Positions 28,473 to 37,930 of a stretch of DNA of 64,000 bases are shown in pieces. Position numbers and translations under genes: made by a program. The notes under the pieces were generated by a model that saw only the letters and a list, made by a program, of their open reading frames with translations, did no database searches and was not told the origin of the DNA. Every line of letters starts with the position of its first letter. Position 1 is the stretch's first letter. The stretch is from Coprothermobacterota bacterium (GTDB taxonomy: Bacteria; Coprothermobacterota; Coprothermobacteria; Coprothermobacterales; Coprothermobacteraceae), in the NCBI GenBank assembly GCA_036679065.1, contig JAZIGN010000003.1:1-64000 (forward strand). The letters are read 5' to 3'.

Positions 28473-29726
28473 TCAAGGTAGTGAGCTAACCAGCCGACCC
28501 TTGTCGTCCAATAGTTCCGCTGGATCTCCATCATTGTTCCATATGGTAGAGGAAGTCCATTTGAGCACACTTGGCGAATCCTCGTATGCCTTAAAGCCTG
28601 AAGTTATCGTAACTGTTTTACCTTTCCCAAGGCGGAACCCTTCAGGGAAAGTAAAAACTTGATCGCCCTTCACGCTTACAAGACTCCAACCGCTCATATC
28701 TATGTCAACTGCATCGTTGTTCTGGATTACCACTATTTCTTCTTTGAGATCCTTGCTTATGATAACCACTTTGGGAAGAGCTTCTTGGTTAGGTGTAGCT
28801 GTGGATGCAGAGTCGGTTTGAGAAGTAGTAGGGCTAGCTTGTGAACTGTCTTCCCAACTGATAGGCTCTACGTTCCAGGTAATAGTTTTACCATCGCTTG
28901 TTGCTACCACAGTTCCCTGCTTATCTGTACGGAACACATGAACATTGTAGCTTTGCAGTCTGCTTAAGGTTTCTTCTGATGGATGGCCGTAGCTGTTTTC
29001 TCCCACTGAGATTACTGCATATGTGGGCGTCACAGCGCTCAAAAACTCCGTGGAGGTAGAGTATTTAGAGCCGTGATGACCTACCTGAAGAACAGTTTGT
29101 GGCTCCACAACTCCGGTGTTTATCATGTCATTTTCTGCTTCCTGCCCAGCATCACCTGTGAGTAAAAAAGAAGTACTGCCGTAAGTAATTGACACCACAG
29201 CTGACCAGTTATTCGTGTCGTCAAGGTCGTATTCCTTCACAGGCCCCCACATGGTCACCTTTACCTCTGGATCCAGAGAAATGGCTACTCCTTCCTTAGC
29301 TGTTTTTATGGTAAGCTTCTTGGCCTTGGCTGCGCTGAGTACGTCTAAATAACTCTGCGTGCTGTGAGGCACTTTTGGCATGTAGAAAGAACTAATGGTA
29401 AAACTTTCTATTACTTCGTCTGTTGCCCCTATGTGGTCGCTATCGGGATGACTCAAAATAAGCGCATCAATTTTACTTACAGAATGGCTTTTGAGGTAAT
29501 TTACGATGGTCTCAGCAGACTTATTTGGTCCTGCATCATAGAGCATGGCTGCCCCATTAGGAAACTGCACTAATACAGACAAGCCTTGACCAACATCGAT
29601 GTAGCTAACTACAAGGTCAGAGCTGTGTTGAGCGGTAAACGTAAAACTGCAAGCAGTAAGACTGATTAAAAGCAAAAGAAAAAACGATGTGGCAAGCAGT
29701 TTAGCGTTTTTACTATTTCCCAGCAT
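28473..29726 (-). CDS. ComEC/Rec2-like metallo-beta-lactamase nuclease lipoprotein with C-terminal lamin-tail domain
   Basis: LTAC lipobox, IDVGQG, SHPDSDHIG, LTGDA, VGHHGS, YGHP; Ser/Thr linker; LTD pattern (IQN...DMSGW...IWNNDGD.A.L). Confidence 0.85.
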   Translation of the reverse strand: MLGNSKNAKLLATSFFLLLLISLTACSFTFTAQHSSDLVVSYIDVGQGLSVLVQFPNGAAMLYDAGPNKSAETIVNYLKSHSVSKIDALILSHPDSDHIGATDEVIESFTISSFYMPKVPHSTQSYLDVLSAAKAKKLTIKTAKEGVAISLDPEVKVTMWGPVKEYDLDDTNNWSAVVSITYGSTSFLLTGDAGQEAENDMINTGVVEPQTVLQVGHHGSKYSTSTEFLSAVTPTYAVISVGENSYGHPSEETLSRLQSYNVHVFRTDKQGTVVATSDGKTITWNVEPISWEDSSQASPTTSQTDSASTATPNQEALPKVVIISKDLKEEIVVIQNNDAVDIDMSGWSLVSVKGDQVFTFPEGFRLGKGKTVTITSGFKAYEDSPSVLKWTSSTIWNNDGDPAELLDDKGRLVSSLP

Positions 29727-29959
29727 CACTCTTCTTTCTCCCAAAGCTCATCCATGAGGCTTTGCACCTCTTCAAGCTTGCTTTTGGTCTCCTCTCTATC
29801 CACCTGCCACAAACCTGATTCTGTTTCATATACCACATCATTTACATGCACTTCACATATGAACTTATCCTTGGGTACTGCAATTGTGGTTTTATTTTCC
29901 AATTCAATAACTACAAGTTCCCCATTATCTTCAAAACTGTCCACAACGGCCTTTCTCAT
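29726..29959 (-). CDS. DUF3006-family protein
   Basis: VVDSFE...VVIE...D.EET...L..LW pattern; the usual partner of the ComEC-like gene; translationally coupled to it. Confidence 0.75.
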   Translation of the reverse strand: MRKAVVDSFEDNGELVVIELENKTTIAVPKDKFICEVHVNDVVYETESGLWQVDREETKSKLEEVQSLMDELWEKEE

Positions 29960-30003
29960 AGAGTTTTCACCTCCCCAAAAGGCATTTTAGCTGCTGCATT
30001 TTT

Positions 30004-30999
30004 TCATCGCTTGATTTCAGCCTCTTTCATTCTGCTTAAATACCAGTTGGTAAGATCCTTGACTGTTTGAGTCATTGGCATGGGCTCAAATCCCAACTCT
30101 TCACGGATTTTTGAGCTATCTATGTCACTTTTACTTCGAAGAGTCTTTAGTGCATAGATGCTCATCTGTGGTTCCTTACCTTTGCTGACCTCATACCACT
30201 CCATGAAGGGGCTGACTGCCAAAGCTAAACCATAGGGGATTTCTTTCAGATTAAAGGGTTTGCCAGCGGTTTTGAAGCACTGCTCCAAAAAATCCTTCAT
30301 GGAAATGTAGTCGCCTGCCACAATGTAGTTCTCGCCGCATTTACCCCTTTCTAGTGCCAAGTAAGTAGCTTTTGCCACATCACGTGTATCTACAAAGTCG
30401 TAACCCCCTGATACATACCACTTCAGCTTACCGCTAAGAGCATTTATGATTAGTTTGCCTACAATGGATGTGCGAAAGTCATAGGGTCCCACAATGCCCG
30501 TGGGATGTAAAACCACTGTGCAGAGCCCATCCTTCGCTGCCTGAAACGCCAGTAGCGTTGCTTTTACCTTAGTTTTTGCGTAAGCTCCCTGCACTCGATT
30601 TACTGAAAGGTCTTTAGTTTCTCTTATGGGACCTTCCTCGTCAGCAGGCAAAGCGTGTATAGAACTTATGTAGATCAGCTTCTTAACACCGTTTGCTTTG
30701 CACGCTTCAATGACGTTTTTGGTACCTTCCACGTTGACAGCTTCCAACTTATGTTTACTGGCCTCAGTTATGCTAACTAGACCAGCAGCATGCACCACCG
30801 CTTCTGCACCTTTCAGCGCTTCTTTTATCTGCTCAGGGTTCGTTATATCGGCACGCACCACCTTGACACTTAAGCCCTCTAAGGGCTGCAAGCCCTCCTC
30901 CGGGTGCACCACAGCTAAAATATCGAAACCCAACTTGAGAAAGAACCTGACCACGTTGTTGCCAACCAACCCCGTTGCACCTGTTACTGCTACTAACAC
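30004..30999 (-). CDS. NAD-dependent epimerase/dehydratase (extended SDR, dihydroflavonol-reductase-like)
   Basis: VTGATGLVG, HAAG, NVEGT, ISS, YAKTK. Confidence 0.9.
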   Translation of the reverse strand: MLVAVTGATGLVGNNVVRFFLKLGFDILAVVHPEEGLQPLEGLSVKVVRADITNPEQIKEALKGAEAVVHAAGLVSITEASKHKLEAVNVEGTKNVIEACKANGVKKLIYISSIHALPADEEGPIRETKDLSVNRVQGAYAKTKVKATLLAFQAAKDGLCTVVLHPTGIVGPYDFRTSIVGKLIINALSGKLKWYVSGGYDFVDTRDVAKATYLALERGKCGENYIVAGDYISMKDFLEQCFKTAGKPFNLKEIPYGLALAVSPFMEWYEVSKGKEPQMSIYALKTLRSKSDIDSSKIREELGFEPMPMTQTVKDLTNWYLSRMKEAEIKR

Positions 31000-31006
31000 A
31001 GTGGAT

Positions 31007-31597
31007 TCACCTCACTTTTATTCCCAAAAGTAAAACATTTACCAGGTGTTCCACTGCTTCCTTTAATGCTTCTTCACTTCCAAAAGAACTAAGCTGAGCT
31101 TCTAAACCCTTTAGCCACAAGAGAATAGTATCTGCAAGCACTTCTGAATCAGTCTTATTAAAGTGACCCAGCTCCATACCAACTTCTAAAATGCCTTTTA
31201 AAGTGTCACGCTCAAAGTGGTCATAACGCTCATGTATTTCCTTTACCAGAGGAAAAAGTTGATCGTATTCCTCCTGAAACCTTGCGTACTCCGTCGACAA
31301 GCGTCTAATTTCAAAGCTTCTAGTGAGAGCGTATACTCTAAGCTTTTCTTCCGGAGTTGAAGCCTTTTGTACAGCATCTTTTATGCTTCGTATGAGCTTT
31401 CCGATCTCCTCATCAATGACTGCCCTCAGCAACGACTCCTTGTCAGGAAAATAGTAATAAATTGCTGATTTCACCTTTCCCATAGCTTTTGCAATATCCG
31501 ATACAGTAGTCTTCTTGTAGCCATATTGCTGGAACAATCTCTTCGCGGAGCTGACTATCTCTGCACGTGATTCATCACTATTTGACCTTTTTACCAT
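31007..31597 (-). CDS. TetR/AcrR-family transcriptional regulator
   Basis: LFQQYGYKKTTVSDIAKAMGKVKSAIYYYFPDKESL HTH. ATG 31597 chosen. Confidence 0.9.
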   Translation of the reverse strand: MVKRSNSDESRAEIVSSAKRLFQQYGYKKTTVSDIAKAMGKVKSAIYYYFPDKESLLRAVIDEEIGKLIRSIKDAVQKASTPEEKLRVYALTRSFEIRRLSTEYARFQEEYDQLFPLVKEIHERYDHFERDTLKGILEVGMELGHFNKTDSEVLADTILLWLKGLEAQLSSFGSEEALKEAVEHLVNVLLLGIKVR

Positions 31598-31612
31598 TAT
31601 GGTCAAATTATA
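31580..31612 (-). promoter_or_regulatory. Putative TetR auto-operator and -10 box
   Basis: Inverted repeat ATTTGACC-N13-GGTCAAAT straddles the tetR start codon; TATAAT at 31612-31607. Confidence 0.55.
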
Positions 31613-31634
31613 CAACACTTGTGAGTAATTCAGC

Positions 31635-31677
31635 AAAAAACGGTGAAGTCAGCATTGGTTGAAGTTGCAGCTTCACC
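31635..31677 (-). terminator. Terminator-like hairpin with U-tract and no obvious upstream CDS
   Basis: GGTGAAG-ctgcaacttcaaccaatgctga-CTTCACC-GTTTTTT on the minus strand. Confidence 0.5.
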
Positions 31678-31790
31678 ACTAGTTTCCTTAACCCCTTATC
31701 CAGCGTGAACCCAACCATCTCGCTCTTTTGTATGAATAAACCTGTAGCCATCCAGAACAGCCCTGCTGCAAACTTGGTAACATATAAAAC

Positions 31791-32816
31791 ATGACGCAAG
31801 AAACTTCGCAAACAAATCCTATTAGAGCCATTGCTTTGCTTTCGGGTGGCTTAGACAGCATGCTGGCAGCCAAGCTCATTTTGGATCAAGGCATCGAGGT
31901 CATAGGCATCTCTTTTGAAAGCCCGTTTTTTAACGCAGATCGAGCCAGAACAGCGGCTAAACAACTAGCCATACCGCTTATAACCTGGGACATCACCGAT
32001 GAGCTTATAAAGGTTCTGAAGAATCCAAAGCACGGTTTTGGTAGGTTTTTTAATCCCTGCATTGACTGCCATGCCTTGATGGTGAAAAAAGCATTAGAGC
32101 TTTTACCTTCACTGCAAGCACAGTTCATCATTACTGGTGAAGTGCTTTACCAAAGGCCAAAGAGTCAAAAAATGGGAGGGCTCATGGCAGTAGCAAAAGA
32201 CAGTGGTGCTCAGGATCTCATCCTCAGACCTTTGTCAGCAAAACTATTGCCGCCAACAAAACCAGAAAGAGAAGGCTGGGTTAACCGCTCCTTACTGCTG
32301 GATATTCAAGGAAGATCTCGCCAAAGGCAACTTGAGCTAGCGCAAACACTGGGCATAAACGACTACCCCATGCCCGCTGGCGGATGCCTACTTACTGATA
32401 TTAGCGTTACACGAAGGCTTCAAAAAATCTTCCAATACTGGAAAGATGATATTGACAGACCTTTCCTTGAACTTGCAAAGGTGGGTAGGCATTTCTGGAC
32501 AGGTAGCGATCTCATTGTGGTAGCCAGAAACGAGCAGGAAAGTTATAGCTTGCGAGCCCTTATGAAAGTATGGGACTACAAAGTGGAACTTACCGATGTA
32601 CCAGGCCCTACTACCCTTGTGCGGTCAAGGGGAAAGCTCACAGAAGAAGTCTTGGAGCTTTCAGCCCTTCTTACTGCACGCTACAGCAAAGCCAGGACTT
32701 TGCCTTTGGTTAAGGTGAAAGCGGAAAATTATCTGTTCTTGCACACCCAAAAGCTGCAGGTGAAGCCCTCCGCGTTGACTGAAACCATGGAACGCATGAA
32801 TGCAGAGCAACTTTGA
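31791..32816 (+). CDS. PP-loop tRNA thiouridylase-like protein (ThiI/MnmA-related)
   Basis: LLSGGLDS PP-loop, NPCIDCH, TGEVL.QRP.SQ, PAGGCLLT, GRHF. Confidence 0.75.
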   Translation: MTQETSQTNPIRAIALLSGGLDSMLAAKLILDQGIEVIGISFESPFFNADRARTAAKQLAIPLITWDITDELIKVLKNPKHGFGRFFNPCIDCHALMVKKALELLPSLQAQFIITGEVLYQRPKSQKMGGLMAVAKDSGAQDLILRPLSAKLLPPTKPEREGWVNRSLLLDIQGRSRQRQLELAQTLGINDYPMPAGGCLLTDISVTRRLQKIFQYWKDDIDRPFLELAKVGRHFWTGSDLIVVARNEQESYSLRALMKVWDYKVELTDVPGPTTLVRSRGKLTEEVLELSALLTARYSKARTLPLVKVKAENYLFLHTQKLQVKPSALTETMERMNAEQL

Positions 32817-32872
32817 GAGATGAGCAAGAAGGGGCCTAAAGTATAATGCTTCTTAAAAGGGGTGAAAACTAT

Positions 32873-33694
32873 ATGCGCCTATTTGTTTCAGTTGATTACG
32901 AAGGCATTTGGGGTGTTCCTTCATGGGAATTTATGAAAACGGAAGAAGCAAAGCAACTGCTTCATAAAGAGCTAAACGTGCTCCTAAAGTCCATTGAAGA
33001 AGTGGATGCCAATGCCTATGTGCTCATGGTAGATAGTCATTCGCGTGGAGACAACATTTGCCGCAGCATGCTGGAAACCAGTTCTGTGAAACTGGATCTC
33101 ATATCTGGTTACCCACGGCCCAATTACATGATGACCGGTATCGATAACAGCTTTGATGGGGTCATGTTTGTGGGTTACCACACAAAAGCTGGTGGCTGGG
33201 GTGCCATGGATCACTCTTACTCCTCATCCACCATTTACCGCGTTCTCATTAACGGCAAAGAGGTGGGCGAATCCACCATAAACGGCTTTTTGGCTCACTA
33301 CCACGGAGTGCCTGTCATTTTGGTAAGCGGTTCCGAGGAATTGGAAGAAGAAATAAAGGAGAACTTACCCGAAGCCGTATTCCATGCCACAAACAAAACG
33401 TGGTCCCGTTTTAGTGCACAAAGTTATCACGATGCATTAATGACTCTGGCAGAAAAAGTGCACCAAGCGCTGCAAAATGCAAAACAACTTAAGGACTCAT
33501 CCATCACAAAGATAGGCGAAGCCACATTCACCGTGGAGTTCCTAAATCGCCTGGCCGCTGATGTAACCTCTGAGCTGCCTTTCGTAAAGCGTCTAAGCTC
33601 ACGTACCATTGAATTCACCATGTCTGACTACGATCAAGCCTTCCATGCTTTCCAAGCCATTGTTTTCATGGCTTCTTCAGCAATGAGGTTGTAA
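32873..33694 (+). CDS. M55-family D-aminopeptidase (DppA-like)
   Basis: SVDYEG, DSH, FVGYH, DHSY, GES motifs. SD AGGGG before ATG 32873. Confidence 0.88.
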   Translation: MRLFVSVDYEGIWGVPSWEFMKTEEAKQLLHKELNVLLKSIEEVDANAYVLMVDSHSRGDNICRSMLETSSVKLDLISGYPRPNYMMTGIDNSFDGVMFVGYHTKAGGWGAMDHSYSSSTIYRVLINGKEVGESTINGFLAHYHGVPVILVSGSEELEEEIKENLPEAVFHATNKTWSRFSAQSYHDALMTLAEKVHQALQNAKQLKDSSITKIGEATFTVEFLNRLAADVTSELPFVKRLSSRTIEFTMSDYDQAFHAFQAIVFMASSAMRL

Positions 33695-33698
33695 AAAT

Positions 33699-34247
33699 AT
33701 GAAGGGCATCGTGGAGGGCATTGCCCGAGGTAGAGAGAAAAAGCATGAAGTAATAGGTTTCCCCATACTGTTCACAGCTCGGTGGCTACATGTGATTACC
33801 CAAGATAACTTCGACGCTTATATTCCACGTACCTTTAGTGGACGCACATGGCTAGTAAATACGGTAGACGGCCAGCCTACTTTAGGTGTTTTTGTCATGG
33901 ACAACAAACCCATGTACTGGCTTAAGCAGGTTAAATACGTAGAGAGCATCTATCTTGACAAAGAACCAACTGAGCAAATACCACCGCCAAATATGGAGCC
34001 TAAGCAATTTAGCAAGGGAAAACTCACCTTCACAGGTGTTCCTCTTTCTTTATTGGCTCCCTTGGTGGGAAAACAGCTTTGGTGGGTGCAGAGCAGTGAT
34101 GGCCTGGAGCGGGTAATAACTGAACATCAACTGGAAAATTGGATCTTAACAGAGCAGCGTGAACTAATAAACCTAAACACGAAAGCTGGTAGCTGGATTA
34201 AAAATGTATTGCGGTTCTGTGGAGAAAAGGGGTATATCTCACTGTGA
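33699..34247 (+). CDS. Hypothetical protein
   Basis: 182-aa ORF packed between same-strand genes (4-nt gap upstream, GTGA overlap downstream). No family recognised. Confidence 0.6.
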   Translation: MKGIVEGIARGREKKHEVIGFPILFTARWLHVITQDNFDAYIPRTFSGRTWLVNTVDGQPTLGVFVMDNKPMYWLKQVKYVESIYLDKEPTEQIPPPNMEPKQFSKGKLTFTGVPLSLLAPLVGKQLWWVQSSDGLERVITEHQLENWILTEQRELINLNTKAGSWIKNVLRFCGEKGYISL

Positions 34248-34669
34248 TTACCTTCTCAGTATTCGGAAGGAAACACAGTGGGAAAACCACGGTGTGCCAA
34301 GAGCTCATCGATGTGCTTTCTAAAAAGGGCACCGTGGGTTACGAGAAGCGCACTCATACCACCATTAAACTGGATCAGCACCTGCAAATGGCACACCAAA
34401 CCCTGTGGTCAGTGGTGCGTGATAAGCAGAACCTTCAGCTCATTGCAACTAAGGAAACCATGAATTTGCCCGCAGTGGATTTTTTAGTTGTGGAGGGCTA
34501 CGTCCCAGACGTGCCTAACATACTCTGTGTGAAACACCCCTATGACTTGGAAGCCATAACACCATTTACCTTAGCAGCTGTGTCCCTAAGCGGTATTCCC
34601 GGCACCAAGCGAACGGATGAACTAAAAAACATCATCATTAGTTATTTGGAAAGACAGAAAGGAGCGTGA
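34244..34669 (+). CDS. MobB-like small P-loop NTPase
   Basis: SVFGRKHSGKTT Walker A, VGY.K.TH, DFLVVEGY. Confidence 0.6.
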   Translation: MITFSVFGRKHSGKTTVCQELIDVLSKKGTVGYEKRTHTTIKLDQHLQMAHQTLWSVVRDKQNLQLIATKETMNLPAVDFLVVEGYVPDVPNILCVKHPYDLEAITPFTLAAVSLSGIPGTKRTDELKNIIISYLERQKGA

Positions 34670-34680
34670 GTATTTTTTCG

Positions 34681-34944
34681 CTAAAGCGTTTCTTTATAGC
34701 TTTTAAGCAACAACTTGAACAACTTACCGTGGTTAGGAATTTTCAGATGCAGTAACTCGTGAAGAACAACTTCTTTTATGAACCCAAAGTCCTGCGTTAG
34801 CAGATCCTTGGAGAAAGTAAGTCTGCCCTTGGAGGAACAACTTGCCCATTTGTGCTTCATGTCCCTGATTTGCACTTCCTTGGGTGAAACATTCATGCTT
34901 TCAGCTAACTGATAGACCAAAGCTTTCAATTCTTCTGATTTCAT
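34681..34944 (-). CDS. Short M48/YgjP (DUF45, SprT-like) zinc metallopeptidase
   Basis: IRDMKHKWASCS...VVLHELLHLKIPNHGKLF (HEXXH). ATGA-coupled to hsdR. Confidence 0.8.
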   Translation of the reverse strand: MKSEELKALVYQLAESMNVSPKEVQIRDMKHKWASCSSKGRLTFSKDLLTQDFGFIKEVVLHELLHLKIPNHGKLFKLLLKSYKETL

Positions 34945-37892
34945 CTCGCACCCACCTTCAAAAGTCGCATGAGCTGATCAACCATTTCCACCAAAACCTT
35001 AGGTTCTACGTAACTTACGAGCACCCCATACATTTCCATGCGCACCTGTTTTTCTCTTTCTTTACTCTCTGCCCAATAAGGATGCCTTTCAAGAATTTCA
35101 CCAACGGCTTTTGCTACTTCTTCAGCGTTCTCCACCCCATAGCTGTGCAGAGTCCAGTAGATCGTAAACACGGCTGGGTTCATGTCCTTCTCTGCTTGTT
35201 CCATCTTGGCTTTGTTTATTTCGCTGATTTTCTCCTCAAGTTCCTTTAAGCTCTCTTGTGCGGTCTTCTGCTTTTCCATGAAGGCTTGCACAATCTTTTC
35301 GGCTCGCTCACCAATGGATACTAAGTAGGGGTTTTTCTTTGCCTCTTCATTAACCACCTTCGCAATACTCTTTGCTATGTTGAAAACCTTTTCCGTGTCT
35401 GATTCTTTGCTTTGCTTTATTCTGTCCATTAGATGCTCGTCGATCTCATAAATCTTCAGGCTAAGATCGGGTGTAGTGGAATTTGTATGTTCCTGTACAA
35501 GTTTCGCAGTTTTTTTCGTAAATCCTCTACTAACCAGCGGTAACGGTCCGAAGGCTTCTTTGAGGAGTGCACTCATTCTGCTTATGGTTTCATAGTCCTG
35601 CAGGTATGGGCTCAGAAAAGGATCAGGTGAGATTACTTCATAAATGCTGGAAAGTTCTTTGTAAAACACTTGAAAATCCTTCCTCGTTTTCTCGTCTTGG
35701 AAATATTCCAATATGCTTTCAACTGCCTTGTCGCGTTGTTTACCCTTCAGCAGTATTAAGTACTCCTGCCTTCCTCTTTCCATGAGTTCAGAAAAACGCC
35801 CCTTAAGCTGGCCAATTTCTCTTACAACCTTTTCGATGTCCTCCACATCCTCGGAATCGAATGCCAAAGCCTTCTTAAGGTCTTCAAAGATGCCCACGAA
35901 GTCGAGAATGAAGCCGCATGGCTTCACTAAGCCCTCTTCATCCTCATAAGGTCTGTTAACACGAGCGATGGCTTGAAGAAGAGTGTGGTCACGCATGGGT
36001 TTATCCAGGTACATGCAGTAAAGTATGGGAGCGTCAAAACCTGTAAGCAGTTTTGATGTGACGATGAGGATTTTTGGTAGTTCATCCTTTTTTTGGAAAG
36101 CCTTTCTAATTTGCTTCTCCTTGTCTTCAGAGTAGTGGAACCGTTGAAGATGTGGTGGATCGTTCTGCGCTGAGCTTACTATGACTTCGCTGTATTCTGG
36201 CGGCAGAAGTTTATCCAGTTCATCTTTGTAAAAAGCGCAGGCTTCTCTGTCTACCGCTACCAAGAACGCTTTAAAACCCATGGGTTCCACATAGTTTGTA
36301 AAATGCTCTGCAACAGCTTGGGCTACCTTGGAGACCCTTTCTTTACTCTTAAGCATGTTTTTCAGATTCACGGCCTTCTCTAAAACACGGTTCAGTACGT
36401 CAAAATCCGCCACACCTTCAGCCTCACTTAAGCTAAGGAATTCTCTATCCAGCGTTTCCCTGTCCACCCTCAATTCGTTGGGAGCAAGGCCGTAGTGGAT
36501 CTCCACTGTGCTGCCGTCTTCAATGGATTCAGCAATGCTGTATTTATCTAAATAACCCTTGGGATCATCAACGCCGAATATTTTGAACGTGCCTTTTCCA
36601 TATGCGGTCTTATCGATAGGCGTGCCAGTAAAACCAAAGTAGGTGGCATTGGGCAGTGCCGACATGAGGTAGTTTCCCAGATCACCCGTGGTGGTTCTGT
36701 GGGCCTCGTCGATAAGAACAAATATGTTGTCACGTGTATTTATGTTAGCTGGCATGCCTTCGAACTTTTGTATGGTACTGACTATGAGACCACGAGCGTC
36801 CTCCTCCAATAACTCTCTAAGATGTTTTTTGTTCTGTGCAATGCGATCTTCATCAATTTCAAATCCAACTGATTTTAGATTCCCAAACAACTGCGCTTCA
36901 AGCTCGTTTCTGTCTACTAGCATTATCACCGTGGGGTTAGAAAAAGCAGGATTCTGGAGTATTAACCTGGCCGCAGCTATCATGGTGTAGGTTTTACCAG
37001 AACCTTGCGTGTGCCAAATAAGGCCACGTTTTCTAGTGGTGTCCTCAGCTCTTTGCACGAGTTTCTTCACAGCCCTTATTTGATGCGGTCTGAGAACTAC
37101 CTTCTTAAGTTCATCGTCTTTGCGTGTGAACAATATGCCGTTAAAAAGCAAGTCCAAGACGTTTCCCTTATCAAAGAAAGTCTTCACGGTGTCTTCAAAC
37201 GATTTTGTCTCCTTGTCCACCTTCCAGTTAAACAGTGCTTTTGGTGTGAAAGACCATGTGGCAGCGTAGAAGAAGTGGATCACCTGCGTAAGCGTGTAAA
37301 TTTGCAGTACCTTCATGGCCTCGGGCGTTTCACGGTGATACCGAGCTACCTGCTCCAGCGCTTCTCCCAATGCATCTTCTCGATGCGCTGCTTTGGTTTC
37401 AACAAAGAACAACGGAATACCGTTTATGAGGAAAACCACATCATAACGGTTCCTACTCCGTCCATTGTAAAAAGAGAATTCGTCAGTCACCTGGAAAACA
37501 TTGTTCTGAGGCTCGGGATCGATGAACGTAACGTTCCGCTCTCGCTTTTCACTGGGCACAAAGACCGTCTTTTTGCCACAAAGATGTTCCCAAATGTCCA
37601 AGTTACCTTCCAAGGTTGCCGGTATTTTTTCCAGTCGCCTTATGAGTTCGTCAGCCAAATCGTCGGTAAGAAATTCGTTAAGACGCAGAAGTTGTTGCCT
37701 TAGAACATCGTAGAAAAATAGACTACTTTCAGACCCACGTTTTGCCAAAGCTTCGTTGCGGTCGATGTACTGCCACCCCAAACTCAGAAATAGGTCTACA
37801 CCTTCTGCAGTTTTGTAGACCCCTTGTTCCTCCTGAACATACTTCAAAATGGTATCTTGTACCACGTCCCGCTCGTTACCCAAGTACCCCAT
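34941..37892 (-). CDS. hsdR: Type I restriction endonuclease subunit R
   Basis: D...NGIPL..VETK nuclease motif, HTQGSGKT, IDEAHR, GFTGTP, LLTGFDAP, QAIARVNR. Confidence 0.95.
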   Translation of the reverse strand: MGYLGNERDVVQDTILKYVQEEQGVYKTAEGVDLFLSLGWQYIDRNEALAKRGSESSLFFYDVLRQQLLRLNEFLTDDLADELIRRLEKIPATLEGNLDIWEHLCGKKTVFVPSEKRERNVTFIDPEPQNNVFQVTDEFSFYNGRSRNRYDVVFLINGIPLFFVETKAAHREDALGEALEQVARYHRETPEAMKVLQIYTLTQVIHFFYAATWSFTPKALFNWKVDKETKSFEDTVKTFFDKGNVLDLLFNGILFTRKDDELKKVVLRPHQIRAVKKLVQRAEDTTRKRGLIWHTQGSGKTYTMIAAARLILQNPAFSNPTVIMLVDRNELEAQLFGNLKSVGFEIDEDRIAQNKKHLRELLEEDARGLIVSTIQKFEGMPANINTRDNIFVLIDEAHRTTTGDLGNYLMSALPNATYFGFTGTPIDKTAYGKGTFKIFGVDDPKGYLDKYSIAESIEDGSTVEIHYGLAPNELRVDRETLDREFLSLSEAEGVADFDVLNRVLEKAVNLKNMLKSKERVSKVAQAVAEHFTNYVEPMGFKAFLVAVDREACAFYKDELDKLLPPEYSEVIVSSAQNDPPHLQRFHYSEDKEKQIRKAFQKKDELPKILIVTSKLLTGFDAPILYCMYLDKPMRDHTLLQAIARVNRPYEDEEGLVKPCGFILDFVGIFEDLKKALAFDSEDVEDIEKVVREIGQLKGRFSELMERGRQEYLILLKGKQRDKAVESILEYFQDEKTRKDFQVFYKELSSIYEVISPDPFLSPYLQDYETISRMSALLKEAFGPLPLVSRGFTKKTAKLVQEHTNSTTPDLSLKIYEIDEHLMDRIKQSKESDTEKVFNIAKSIAKVVNEEAKKNPYLVSIGERAEKIVQAFMEKQKTAQESLKELEEKISEINKAKMEQAEKDMNPAVFTIYWTLHSYGVENAEEVAKAVGEILERHPYWAESKEREKQVRMEMYGVLVSYVEPKVLVEMVDQLMRLLKVGAR

Positions 37893-37930
37893 CTTCCATT
37901 TACACCCCCCACTAACAGTTGTTTATTGTG

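Noticed and set aside
31608..31879. Short minus-strand ORFs between tetR and the thiouridylase-like gene
   Set aside because: Their starts overlap the opposite gene, with no SD and no motifs.
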